From Barthelona sp. PCE (taxonomy: Eukaryota): 64,000 nucleotides of DNA. This document shows, piece by piece, positions 42,621 to 52,292 of the stretch. Location: the NCBI GenBank assembly GCA_040285745.1, contig JAUFOR010000005.1, positions 496,001 through 560,000 on the forward strand. The letters are read 5' to 3'. The notes under the pieces were generated by a model. It saw only the letters and a program-made list of their open reading frames with translations, did no database searches and was not told where the DNA came from. The translations under genes and the position numbers were made by a program. Position 1 is the stretch's first letter. Every line of letters begins with the position of its first letter.

Positions 42621-45014
42621 TCACGTAGATCGAATCGATCTACGAGATGACCACTTTGAAGCAATCAGTTCAGTACGTCGGTTCTGTCTATTCGCCTTCT
42701 TTTGTCCAGATGCGCAAGATAAGGGTCGCACGCTGCGCAACTTGAATGGTTCAAGCGCAGTAGAATGTTGGCATTTCCCGTGCGGTACGTAACCAGCATA
42801 AGTTACTTGAATATTCTCCGTTGATTGTTTATACATCTCCTTAAAAGATGTCTTTGATGCTTCTGCCAATCCTTGGTAGCTTGCATTGAACGAATCGGTT
42901 AAAATCAATGGAATTGAGTGATTATTGAATGCGAAATGGTAACCTTTCAGCTTAAACAATGGAACACAGTACTGCTGTTCTTTCCTACCCTGCAGCTGGA
43001 CATAGAAAAGCAGCATAATCACATCATCATCATTAATGATAACATCATTAATGATAACATCAGAGCAATTCATAATATCCCCCACTTTCAAATTTTCGTG
43101 CTCTGGACACGAAAACACATCGAAATCATAAAGAAGCCTGCAGATCAGCGTAACTTGCTTGAGAGTTGTCCAGTCGTCCACATGATCTAGACTACGACTG
43201 AAGTGGAAAATATCAGTTCTTGAAGGAACATTACCGTACACGTAGACATGTTCCTGAGTTGGCAAGTGCGTTACATGGACAAGGCCACCAGAAGCAGTGT
43301 TCAACGTCAACAACAAAGATATACAGTCTTTGGAGAGTTCGGTCCTTAAACCAAAAAGACTGACTACAAATCGAATATCCTTCAGCTCAAGCGCATCAAT
43401 CAACTCGAAATCAAAACCACCAACTTTGCTGGCACCTGCAGTCAGCAGTACAGACTTCAACACAGAAAGAAATCTGGTGGGCTCTGTTTGAAAGAGGCTA
43501 ATCACTTTTGCTGTTTGAGGAATGACTCCCCACCATTTTTCAATGTTCTTAACCATGTGCAGGAAAAGCAGTCCATCTTTGAACTCAGCTATATCACAGA
43601 GTTCAACGCTTTGTGAGTTGGATGATTGAAGATACAAGCAGTTGTCTCTGAGATTTATAACACTCACAGCATCCATATTGATACACTTCACGAGTTGACC
43701 AGCAACCTTATTTCCCAAACATTCAGTGAAGTGATCAACATTTCGTATTGAATGGACCTGAAAAAATGGAAAGTGTGATGAGTCAATGATAATATCGGAA
43801 AGTTTTGCTGAACGAATGTGTTCAGGGAGGAAATAGTTGTTCATTAATTCACGGCACTCAGCAGAGGTATTATCCCAAAAAAGCTGCTTCAAACGTTGAT
43901 CAAAGCTATTCTTTAAGATATTTCTCTGCCATTTCAGAAGATTTTCGGGTCTAAATGATGTTTTGCAAGTTAAAAACTTCTTCGGAAAAATGCCAGAAAA
44001 TCCAGTAACAATGTAGTCATCAAAACAACCATTGCTTGTTAGATAATCCAAAAAGTTGGAATTGTTTGAGCACAAAGGGAACTTCATTTTCAGATCCAAA
44101 ACATTGGTAGAAAACTTTGGGCGAACGCTTACATTCCACTCCGTGCATTTAAAATTGCCCTTCAAAAAATCAGCAACAGCTTGATTGCGGCTGATATCAC
44201 CGAGGCAGAGATAGGCACAAGATATATTAAGCATAATTGCAACTTGATTACGAATGCAAAACCTCCCAGAGTGAAGAAATTTCTTCTTCTTTGCCCAAAA
44301 TGTGCTGATATCCCATGCTTTAAGTTCGCAAACGCTGGAAAAGCACTTATTATGCAAGGCAGAGGCTAACTTTGCATAAACATCGTTTTGAATAGTAACG
44401 GAGCGCTGATTCTTCTGACAGAAAGCAATGGGGTAACAACACCTGTAAAAATCGGTGCTCTGCACTGTTAGCTTGATACTAGTAGATGTTATAAGCGCTT
44501 GAGAGATATCCATTGAGGTAGAAGGGTCATCTATCAGTGTAAAGCGCTGCGGCTGAAAATATTCAATGCAACATGTGCTGATTGGCTTGGGTTTTTCAAG
44601 AAAATCGTCAAAGGGTATTTCAGTTTTTCCAAGAAAGCAGGTAGGGTGTGATCCGTACGGAATCAGGGCCAATTCTCGCATTATACGAGCAAAAACCTCA
44701 TTGTTAGGAGGTAATCCACTGAAAAAATCCACTTCTAAAGAAGGTAACAGAGCAAGAACTAACTCATCTGATTTAGCAGTAAAAAACAGGTATATCTCGC
44801 GTGTAATGCCATCATCGAGATTACCATAGTCGTCCCAGTCGGTAAATAGGGAAGAAAATTTATCCAAACAAAGATCTGAGTTGCTAATGCACTGCACCTT
44901 GTGGATATTAGGTTTGTAATCGTTATTGTTTGTTAAACAGCCTCGAAGGTGATTACAGAGGCTGCTTGCTGAGAAGTCAGCAATCGAAAATTGTAAAAGG
45001 GTAATAAAAGTCAT
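42621..45014 (-). CDS. Hypothetical protein (797 aa)
   Basis: Long ORF with an upstream CCTTTT element; no family recognised; short DVIIN duplication near 43030-43060. Confidence 0.75.
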   Translation of the reverse strand: MTFITLLQFSIADFSASSLCNHLRGCLTNNNDYKPNIHKVQCISNSDLCLDKFSSLFTDWDDYGNLDDGITREIYLFFTAKSDELVLALLPSLEVDFFSGLPPNNEVFARIMRELALIPYGSHPTCFLGKTEIPFDDFLEKPKPISTCCIEYFQPQRFTLIDDPSTSMDISQALITSTSIKLTVQSTDFYRCCYPIAFCQKNQRSVTIQNDVYAKLASALHNKCFSSVCELKAWDISTFWAKKKKFLHSGRFCIRNQVAIMLNISCAYLCLGDISRNQAVADFLKGNFKCTEWNVSVRPKFSTNVLDLKMKFPLCSNNSNFLDYLTSNGCFDDYIVTGFSGIFPKKFLTCKTSFRPENLLKWQRNILKNSFDQRLKQLFWDNTSAECRELMNNYFLPEHIRSAKLSDIIIDSSHFPFFQVHSIRNVDHFTECLGNKVAGQLVKCINMDAVSVINLRDNCLYLQSSNSQSVELCDIAEFKDGLLFLHMVKNIEKWWGVIPQTAKVISLFQTEPTRFLSVLKSVLLTAGASKVGGFDFELIDALELKDIRFVVSLFGLRTELSKDCISLLLTLNTASGGLVHVTHLPTQEHVYVYGNVPSRTDIFHFSRSLDHVDDWTTLKQVTLICRLLYDFDVFSCPEHENLKVGDIMNCSDVIINDVIINDDDVIMLLFYVQLQGRKEQQYCVPLFKLKGYHFAFNNHSIPLILTDSFNASYQGLAEASKTSFKEMYKQSTENIQVTYAGYVPHGKCQHSTALEPFKLRSVRPLSCASGQKKANRQNRRTELIASKWSSRRSIRST

Positions 45015-45691
45015 AATAGATATAAAAGGACCATGTTTGAGCCCTTAGAAAATCTGAATTCAAACTAACTCTAAATAGCAAAGTTCATCCCTTTTGGGAA
45101 GGAATATCCTCAAGAAAGCCAAATGTAAAGAAAAACCTAAAAAACAAATGCTATAGTATTGCAACCGCATTATTTTAATCAGGAAATGCTCATAAATATT
45201 ATAATTTGCTGCTGCTTTAACCACAGAAAAGTTACAAAGCTTACAAATAAACAATTTTCCCTATTTTCTACGCTAAGGCTATTTTGGTGGATTTTACCTT
45301 CATTTTGTGGTGTGTAATTAGACATTGCATCTGTTTACTAAAAAATAGTGTACTGATTACCAAAATCAGTAGGGTTTTCTTGGTATTACTATACAACCTA
45401 TTACATATTTACTACTGGAGTGAGTAATCATTAGTGAAAGCTCTAAATTTAGTTTTAAAGTTGGACAGCGATTTTAAAAAGCTCTAGTATGATTTTAAAC
45501 AGATAAAAAAGTATTTTCAATTTTTGATACAAAAAAAACAAGTAAAACCATATTTATTAATGTAATAGTAAATATTTAAGCAGTTAACTACTAACAACAT
45601 GTTCAATTTAAACGAAAATGTTACAACCAACAAAAATATATATGTGCAGGCGATAACTCTTTTACTACCTTTTTCAGTTCTAAGGTTAGCT

Positions 45692-46036
45692 ATGGTTTTT
45701 TCAATCGCCAAGATGGCCTACTACAGGGCAAAGAGATTTGTTGTTGGAATAATTAACTTCTTTTATGCCTTTGTCGTTAGTTTTTTCGATAGCTCGACAG
45801 ATAGCTACATCATAGCAAGGAGAAGTGGGTCTAGAAGGGGAAACAATAACCCTGGCACATTTAACAGATCAAGAGCAGTCAGAGAAGGTAAACAACGAGC
45901 AGCTCGTAAAGCTGGACGTAACCCCAACGAATTCAGAAAGAAGGGAACGTTCACCATTGACGACTTCCACGTAGACGAACCAAAGAGCGGTTGTTCTGGA
46001 TGTGCATGCAGTCAGACTGTCTCCACATGTGGATAA
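45692..46036 (+). CDS. Selenoprotein K/SelG-like small membrane protein (Cys form)
   Basis: Single TM GIINFFYAFVVSFF, Gly/Arg-rich disordered middle, TIDD motif, C-terminal GCSGCAC...TCG-stop; ATG at 45692 follows CCTTTTT. Confidence 0.6.
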   Translation: MVFSIAKMAYYRAKRFVVGIINFFYAFVVSFFDSSTDSYIIARRSGSRRGNNNPGTFNRSRAVREGKQRAARKAGRNPNEFRKKGTFTIDDFHVDEPKSGCSGCACSQTVSTCG

Positions 46037-46072
46037 AAGCTGTTTTCTATGTTTTTTATTATTATTACTAGC

Positions 46073-47260
46073 TCACAGCAGAGCGCACTTATTCTGCTGT
46101 ATGTTGTGCAGCGACTCACTATCACCTGTTAACGGAGGTGGAGGTCGTAAAAGTGTATGTTCAAAGTGTTTATCAAATGACCGTGTCAGTTGTTTTTCTT
46201 CTTCTTCCTCTTCAGGGTAATTCAGTTTAAACCCCCTTACATTAGGTTTTAAAAAGTGAAGCTTTGATTTTGTAATCTGTCGTTCAGTTGCAAAGAAATC
46301 ATGTTCAAGCGCTTCAACAGCACTTATCCTAAGCTCTGGGTCAATCTGTAACAACTTTGTTAATAAATCCTTCGCCAAAGGTGGTAAAAAAGGATAAATA
46401 TGTATTTCACCTTTGCAAATCTTATCAACCAAACTAAAAACATTAGGAGAACTATCAAAAGGCAATGATCCAGTCATACAATAATGCAAACTGACCCCAA
46501 ATGCCCAAAGATCTTGTTTATAGGGATCAATAAACTCTTCATCTCTAGCACATTCAGGAGATTGAAAAGCAGGTGAACCCCATTGTCTAGCTGTTTCAGG
46601 TGGTCTAGCACCTTCTATCTCTGCTGCGCCAAAATCTAATAAAACTATTCTTTCAGATCCTTCTACACCAGTAAAAACTATATTATCAGGTTTAATATCA
46701 CGATGAGCAATTTTTTGACTATGGATATGAGAAAGTGCACTAATTAAATCCCTGAAGAAGACCTTGACATTTCTCAGTAGTAATCCTTTAGGATTTGCAT
46801 TAACTCGATCTTCTAAATTCCCCCCTGTCAATAATTCCATGACAAGATAAAATCTCGAACTTTCACCATCGTTTATGTAATCTATAACCTGTACGACGTT
46901 TCTATGCTTTAGCTTTAACATAAGCTCTACTTCCCTCTCAACTGCTTCCATAAATCCAGCTACTTTCGAAAGTTTTTGTCGATTAAAGGATTTAACAGCA
47001 CAAAACTGCTCTGTTTCCATGTCGTAAGCCCTCCTGACCTTGCCAAATGAACCCTCTCCTAAAACTTCAAACAACTGATATCTATTTTTTATAGTTTTAA
47101 CTGGAAGAGGTGTTCGTGACACTATATTCACGTCTAGGTATGATATATCCCGGAGATACGTCAGGTGCATTCCATTAATCGGTGGACTTGCACGAGATGT
47201 CGAAGTAGCACGAGAGGTTGAAGAACGCCTCTTGTTTCGATCGTTTGACGATGTGGACAT
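46073..47260 (-). CDS. STK11: LKB1/STK11-like Ser/Thr kinase with CaaX box
   Basis: LGEGSFGKV, CAVK, HRDIKPDN, DFG, GSPAFQSPE and C-terminal CALL; N-lobe closely parallels LKB1. Confidence 0.72.
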   Translation of the reverse strand: MSTSSNDRNKRRSSTSRATSTSRASPPINGMHLTYLRDISYLDVNIVSRTPLPVKTIKNRYQLFEVLGEGSFGKVRRAYDMETEQFCAVKSFNRQKLSKVAGFMEAVEREVELMLKLKHRNVVQVIDYINDGESSRFYLVMELLTGGNLEDRVNANPKGLLLRNVKVFFRDLISALSHIHSQKIAHRDIKPDNIVFTGVEGSERIVLLDFGAAEIEGARPPETARQWGSPAFQSPECARDEEFIDPYKQDLWAFGVSLHYCMTGSLPFDSSPNVFSLVDKICKGEIHIYPFLPPLAKDLLTKLLQIDPELRISAVEALEHDFFATERQITKSKLHFLKPNVRGFKLNYPEEEEEEKQLTRSFDKHFEHTLLRPPPPLTGDSESLHNIQQNKCALL

Positions 47261-47465
47261 GCGTATTCTAAAAGTAATTCATCACAACCACAGAAAAACT
47301 ATGTGATAAGCGTTGTAGTAACGAAAACGTATACAGCTCACGCTTTGTTCTTTAATTCACTTCATAAATTCTAGCGATACATGCGGGTAATAGTACTTCT
47401 GAGATGGATAGCCAGAGTTTTTTTACTGAAATAACCACAAAACAATGAAAAAATTATTCTTGGTC

Positions 47466-48578
47466 CTATGTTCTCAATTTAATTTGAATAACATCGTAGT
47501 CACCCAACTCATGTGTTATACCCTTCCTGGTAGGACTAAATTTCACTGAACTGCCGAAAATTGTGGCATATTCAAATCTCTCTAAGAAACTGGAGTGAAT
47601 CTTATCACAGAGGTCTGCCAGGGTGCTGCCGCGCTTCAATAATATGGGGTCATGGAAAGTAGGATACTTCTCAGAAGGAGATTTGGTGAAAACACGAATA
47701 TAATTAATATGATGCCAAACAGAAGCCTTTAACCATTCAAACCCCATCTGCTCTGTTGCCGATATGACCACGTTATGAGGATCTAATGTAGTTAAACGAT
47801 CAATCTCAGACATTGTTAGTAAATCTGCCTTGTTGAATGTGTATACACAAGGGATGTACGAAACATTATTACTGATGGAATCAATGAGCTGTTGCGGGGT
47901 TGCGTCGCAGTTAACGGTGACATCCGCATGATGTATGTTAAATTGCTTCAAAATGGACTGAACGAGGTCGTTATCAAGATGTGTTTGCCTACAGCTCGAC
48001 ATGTAATGGACGCCACCTATTGTCTTTCTCGTCACAGAGATGGGCGGTTTCCTTTCATTCAAACGCACATTAGCCAAATCAAGTTCTCGTGTAAGGGCTT
48101 CACGTTGGGCCTCACCACGCTCTGCATCAAGCATCATGACAATACAATCACATGTTCTGACAACCGCGAGCACGTCACGGCCGTAATCACCTCTTCCCAT
48201 AGAGAAACCTTGAATAATACCAGGTAAATCTAAAAGTGTGAATTCGCAATCCTCATACATGAAAGAACCTGGTTTGCACTCTACGGTTGTGAACTCAAAC
48301 TCAGCTGCACGGGAATGTGTTCCTGTAAGAGCTGAAAACATTGAACTTTTACCTACCGAAGGAAAACCCACAATACCAACTGTAATACCATGTTTCTTAG
48401 GAGCGAAACCCTGTCCGCTCTGTCGGGCTCCACTTTTCTTTTCTTGGACCTCTAACTGGCGTTCGAGTTCTGCTTTACGAGCACGAAGCAAACAAAGATG
48501 CTTTTTTGTTGCCTTGTTAACCTGCGTGCGGCTCACCTCAAGGGCGATCTCGATGATACGTTGCTTAATCTTCTGCAT
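47466..48578 (-). CDS. DRG: Developmentally regulated GTP-binding protein (DRG/Rbg, OBG family) with TGS domain
   Basis: RTQVNKAT, GFPSVGKS, EFTT, LLDLPGII, NKAD, C-terminal H.L.D.DVIQI; ATG at 48578; DRG1 vs DRG2 not resolved. Confidence 0.92.
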   Translation of the reverse strand: MQKIKQRIIEIALEVSRTQVNKATKKHLCLLRARKAELERQLEVQEKKSGARQSGQGFAPKKHGITVGIVGFPSVGKSSMFSALTGTHSRAAEFEFTTVECKPGSFMYEDCEFTLLDLPGIIQGFSMGRGDYGRDVLAVVRTCDCIVMMLDAERGEAQREALTRELDLANVRLNERKPPISVTRKTIGGVHYMSSCRQTHLDNDLVQSILKQFNIHHADVTVNCDATPQQLIDSISNNVSYIPCVYTFNKADLLTMSEIDRLTTLDPHNVVISATEQMGFEWLKASVWHHINYIRVFTKSPSEKYPTFHDPILLKRGSTLADLCDKIHSSFLERFEYATIFGSSVKFSPTRKGITHELGDYDVIQIKLRT

Positions 48579-49376
48579 CAATATCAATAAGTGATATCTG
48601 TGAAATGGTTGAAAAAAAAGTAACAATACAAAATTTGAGATATTCCGGTATACACACTCCATAACGAGTCACAATCTACTCTTTTGGTGTTATGACGTGT
48701 TAAGTTTTATTGAATCCCAATTTGACGTTGAGAAAATGAACAGATTGTCTGGTTTTGAATATAACCAAGTTTCCTTGCTTCTTGAATGTATTATTTAACT
48801 TTTACAATTTGTTAAAAGCATAAAAAGTATAGTTGCTTGAATGATGATAGATAGTGCAGGCGTGTGTACATTTGCCATGTTGCGTAAATGTTTACTTAAT
48901 TGTACATGATACATGGGTGAAAATATGCTGAATGCCTTAAACTTATAGTTATACACCGAAAAAATGTTTGCAGGATTTGCAAACCTTAGTAAGCATTTAT
49001 CACTTTTTCCATAGTGAAATGTGGTCAACATTTTTGAATCCCATCCGCCACACTCATTTGAGTGCTTTTAAGCAGGCTTTGAAAGTAAACAATTTGATGT
49101 TGCTGTATTCCTCATTGTGAAATATATTGGGCTACGGGGTTGATACTACCCCTTTCATTGTTGATCATTCAACTGTAAAGCCCAAATCATAATATTAATG
49201 ATGGAATAAATTTGCAGGCTCAAAAAGCTCAGTTCTCAAAGGATGAATTCTTCTTTCACACAGTCAGTAAAGAAAATTTTTCATAAAGAATTGGTAATAT
49301 AAGACATTGTATACAATAGCTGGTAATTTTCATTTCTCATCCATTTTCATCATTCAATCCGATTTTCTATCGGCCA

Positions 49377-50234
49377 ATGCACAAAAAATTCATCGAGGGC
49401 ATCCTTTACACTGTTGACAGAGATCCAATTCCTTCAAAAAACACAAAAACTACCTCCGTCACAACACTTGCTATTGACACAACAGAGACTATCCTCGTCG
49501 TTGGTTGTGACGATGGTAGGGCATGTGTCATTCGCACAAGCGATGGAACAATTCTGCGCTACCTTAATAAGCATAAGATGTCAATCAATGATGTGTGTAT
49601 ACATCCATCAAACGAAACATGCGCAACAGTCGGAATGGACATGCACATATGTGTCTGGCATCTGCCTAGCGGCCAACACGCGCGTTATTTTTCCCCAACG
49701 AAATCATGCGTTCTCTCGGCTGATTTTTACAACCCTGGACAGGTGCACGTCATAGGAGATAGGCGAGGCAACGTTGCTTTTGTGGACGTAGCATCCGAAG
49801 AGTCTGTTATTGTCGATGTTGAAGGTTCTGTGATCGACATTGCAGTCGACAATGCTAGTGAAAATGTTTATGTGTGTAGAGACATGAAACCGGCCTTAAT
49901 GCTGAATAGGGACGGAGATATAGTGCAAGAAATGGAGTTCGAAGCAGACTGTGTTTGTATACTGGATGATTCTGTACTTTTTGGAATGCAGAACAGTGTT
50001 ATCAATGCTGAAGGAGAAATAGTAGCTGAATTTGAATCAAAGGTAAAGAAATTATGTGTTTACAACAACAACTATGCCGTATTATGCAAGGACACCTCTG
50101 TTTATCTTTCCGATCAGGATATTATAGTAACAGATGCGCATAACAGCGTTATTCGTGCGCACGACATCGCTGTAGCTTCGAACAGGGTCTACTTAGCAAC
50201 AGAGTCGGGTGTTGTACGATTTGACATCGATTGA
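49377..50234 (+). CDS. WD40-repeat protein
   Basis: HKMSINDVCIHPSNETCATVGMDMHICVWH and flanking degenerate WD repeats. Confidence 0.8.
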   Translation: MHKKFIEGILYTVDRDPIPSKNTKTTSVTTLAIDTTETILVVGCDDGRACVIRTSDGTILRYLNKHKMSINDVCIHPSNETCATVGMDMHICVWHLPSGQHARYFSPTKSCVLSADFYNPGQVHVIGDRRGNVAFVDVASEESVIVDVEGSVIDIAVDNASENVYVCRDMKPALMLNRDGDIVQEMEFEADCVCILDDSVLFGMQNSVINAEGEIVAEFESKVKKLCVYNNNYAVLCKDTSVYLSDQDIIVTDAHNSVIRAHDIAVASNRVYLATESGVVRFDID

Positions 50235-52022
50235 TCAATCAGAAATGATCCAATCACATTTGATGAAATGAACAGTTTTAAGAAAGTCCAAAAAGCTACA
50301 TTCCACCTGTTCAACAATATCAACGATCTTATTTTCCATGTTGAATTGAAGAATATCATAAAAAAAATCATTTTTTTCTGGTAAAGTTGTTGTATATCGC
50401 ATAACACGATTATATCCGACCGTCAACATTGAATACTGACTTTTGACTGTCGTACCAACTGTAAAAGGCGGAACATCAATTTCAATATTCTTCAAATTAG
50501 AGTCATTCATCTCAAAAACTGAAGTACTCCAAAGTACCATAGTTTCATTAAGGAAAACCAATTCAATATCTGGCTTTCCACACGACGATTGTAATTTGAA
50601 TGCATCTGATGTGGAATCAACAGCTTGATCATTCGTTGCTCCTTGTGTTATAATTAAATGAATGTTATTAGGGGGTCGAAAAGACAGTAAGGCAATTGCG
50701 TCTGATCTAAATGGACTGACTTTTCCTTTAAAGAAACCTTTAGAAATTGTTCGTAAACGATGAATAAAAGGAGGTTGCTCAAAATTCTCTAAAGAATAAC
50801 TGCTTATACTATCGGAACATATTATGAAAATCCGATCTCTTGAAAACAACAGTGATCTGAACACCGCGCTTCCAAGTGGTGTATACGAGTGAATAATATT
50901 AGAACGAGCATCCATTAATTGACATATATCTTTCTTCCATCTACATTTAAATCTTCCAGTCAAATCATAATCCCAGTTCACAAAATTGTCCCGCGGCACT
51001 TCTCTGTTAAGGTAAAGGAAATTAAACGTATTTGAATTAATATTATATTTAAAAGGAAATAAATTAAAATTGAGTGCAAAAAAATTATCAATTATATTAA
51101 GAATAGGATACTCATGGAGAAGATATTCAAGTTCTAGCTCGCAGATACGGAATTTTTTTCCTTGTTTATAAGATATATAAAGAAATTGTGTGGAAAAATC
51201 AAGAAAAAAATTGGACTCATCATGTTGTACAGAAAACACATCAATCATACGTTTTTGAAAGCTATCATACCGTGATATCAGCGTGCCATTTGTAAAATAT
51301 AACTCATTATTTAACAATATACAAGAACAAGTGTCAAACTCTTTTGTTTCTTCAAAAACTCCAATATCAAGATATTTAATAACAAACTCACCATCCTCAG
51401 TGCGTGACAAAATGCACACAATCAGCTCATCTTCGTGATTCAAAGCACAGATTAGATCAGACTCTCTTTGATTCATTATTCGGCACTGGAATACAATTTT
51501 TTTGATTGCAAGCGCGAATACACGATCAAAAGATATCATGTCTTCTTCGTATTTGATTGCATGGACCTCATTGTTCCTTAAAATTAAGAAATAAGCAATA
51601 GAATTGATATTTAATGATAATATTTCACCTTCAATTTGTTGAATAACATCATTTTCATTACGGATTGTACCATCGAGACATATAAAAATGGTTTCGCTAA
51701 AAAAAGAATGTACTTTAAATAATAATGAGGTTAACAAACGTGGAGCATTCATATTCTCAATACGCCCATCCTTAAATGTTACAAATTGGTAATAACCAAG
51801 CACTCGCAACGCAATCTTTTGTTCCTGATCAATACAACCAAGCATAGTTGACAGATTTCGGATAACAGTCGGAAAACCTGAACAGACATTAATATTTTTT
51901 AATACTGCACAAATGTTGCGATCTGTATCTGTTGTTGCTGCTGTGATGACAGTATGCGTTTTGTTATAACGCACAAAACCAATATTCTCTTTGATATTTC
52001 CCCTGTTGGCTGGAATAGGCAT
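50235..52022 (-). CDS. Hypothetical beta-rich protein (~595 aa), probable paralog of 33933-35885
   Basis: Long AT-rich ORF, first ATG at 52022; shared C-terminal F..[DE]IL..N.E....DFL...H pattern. Confidence 0.72.
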   Translation of the reverse strand: MPIPANRGNIKENIGFVRYNKTHTVITAATTDTDRNICAVLKNINVCSGFPTVIRNLSTMLGCIDQEQKIALRVLGYYQFVTFKDGRIENMNAPRLLTSLLFKVHSFFSETIFICLDGTIRNENDVIQQIEGEILSLNINSIAYFLILRNNEVHAIKYEEDMISFDRVFALAIKKIVFQCRIMNQRESDLICALNHEDELIVCILSRTEDGEFVIKYLDIGVFEETKEFDTCSCILLNNELYFTNGTLISRYDSFQKRMIDVFSVQHDESNFFLDFSTQFLYISYKQGKKFRICELELEYLLHEYPILNIIDNFFALNFNLFPFKYNINSNTFNFLYLNREVPRDNFVNWDYDLTGRFKCRWKKDICQLMDARSNIIHSYTPLGSAVFRSLLFSRDRIFIICSDSISSYSLENFEQPPFIHRLRTISKGFFKGKVSPFRSDAIALLSFRPPNNIHLIITQGATNDQAVDSTSDAFKLQSSCGKPDIELVFLNETMVLWSTSVFEMNDSNLKNIEIDVPPFTVGTTVKSQYSMLTVGYNRVMRYTTTLPEKNDFFYDILQFNMENKIVDIVEQVECSFLDFLKTVHFIKCDWIISD

Positions 52023-52292
52023 ATGCGAAATCAAATTTGCGTTTTAGATCAATAATTATGCCACAAATAAAAATTCCCACAATGAAAAGGAACAGAAAAA
52101 GAAGAACGAATTTCTTTCTCTGGTCCAAAGATTCAAAGCCGATCTTGTGTTATAAAACTTACATTATGCGCTAATGCTCTGTTAACACCATAATAAAGAC
52201 TATGTACTGTCAACTTATCACTTTTTTCCGTTAACTCCTTTTACTCCCTTTTCGCATTCCTTCATCCCTTTTCACCGACTGCACGTGATAAA

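Noticed and set aside
45487-45601. GTATGA ... ACTAACAACATG as a possible intron upstream of the SelK-like gene
   Set aside because: No AG at the fixed distance from the branch motif, and much longer than the two supported introns.
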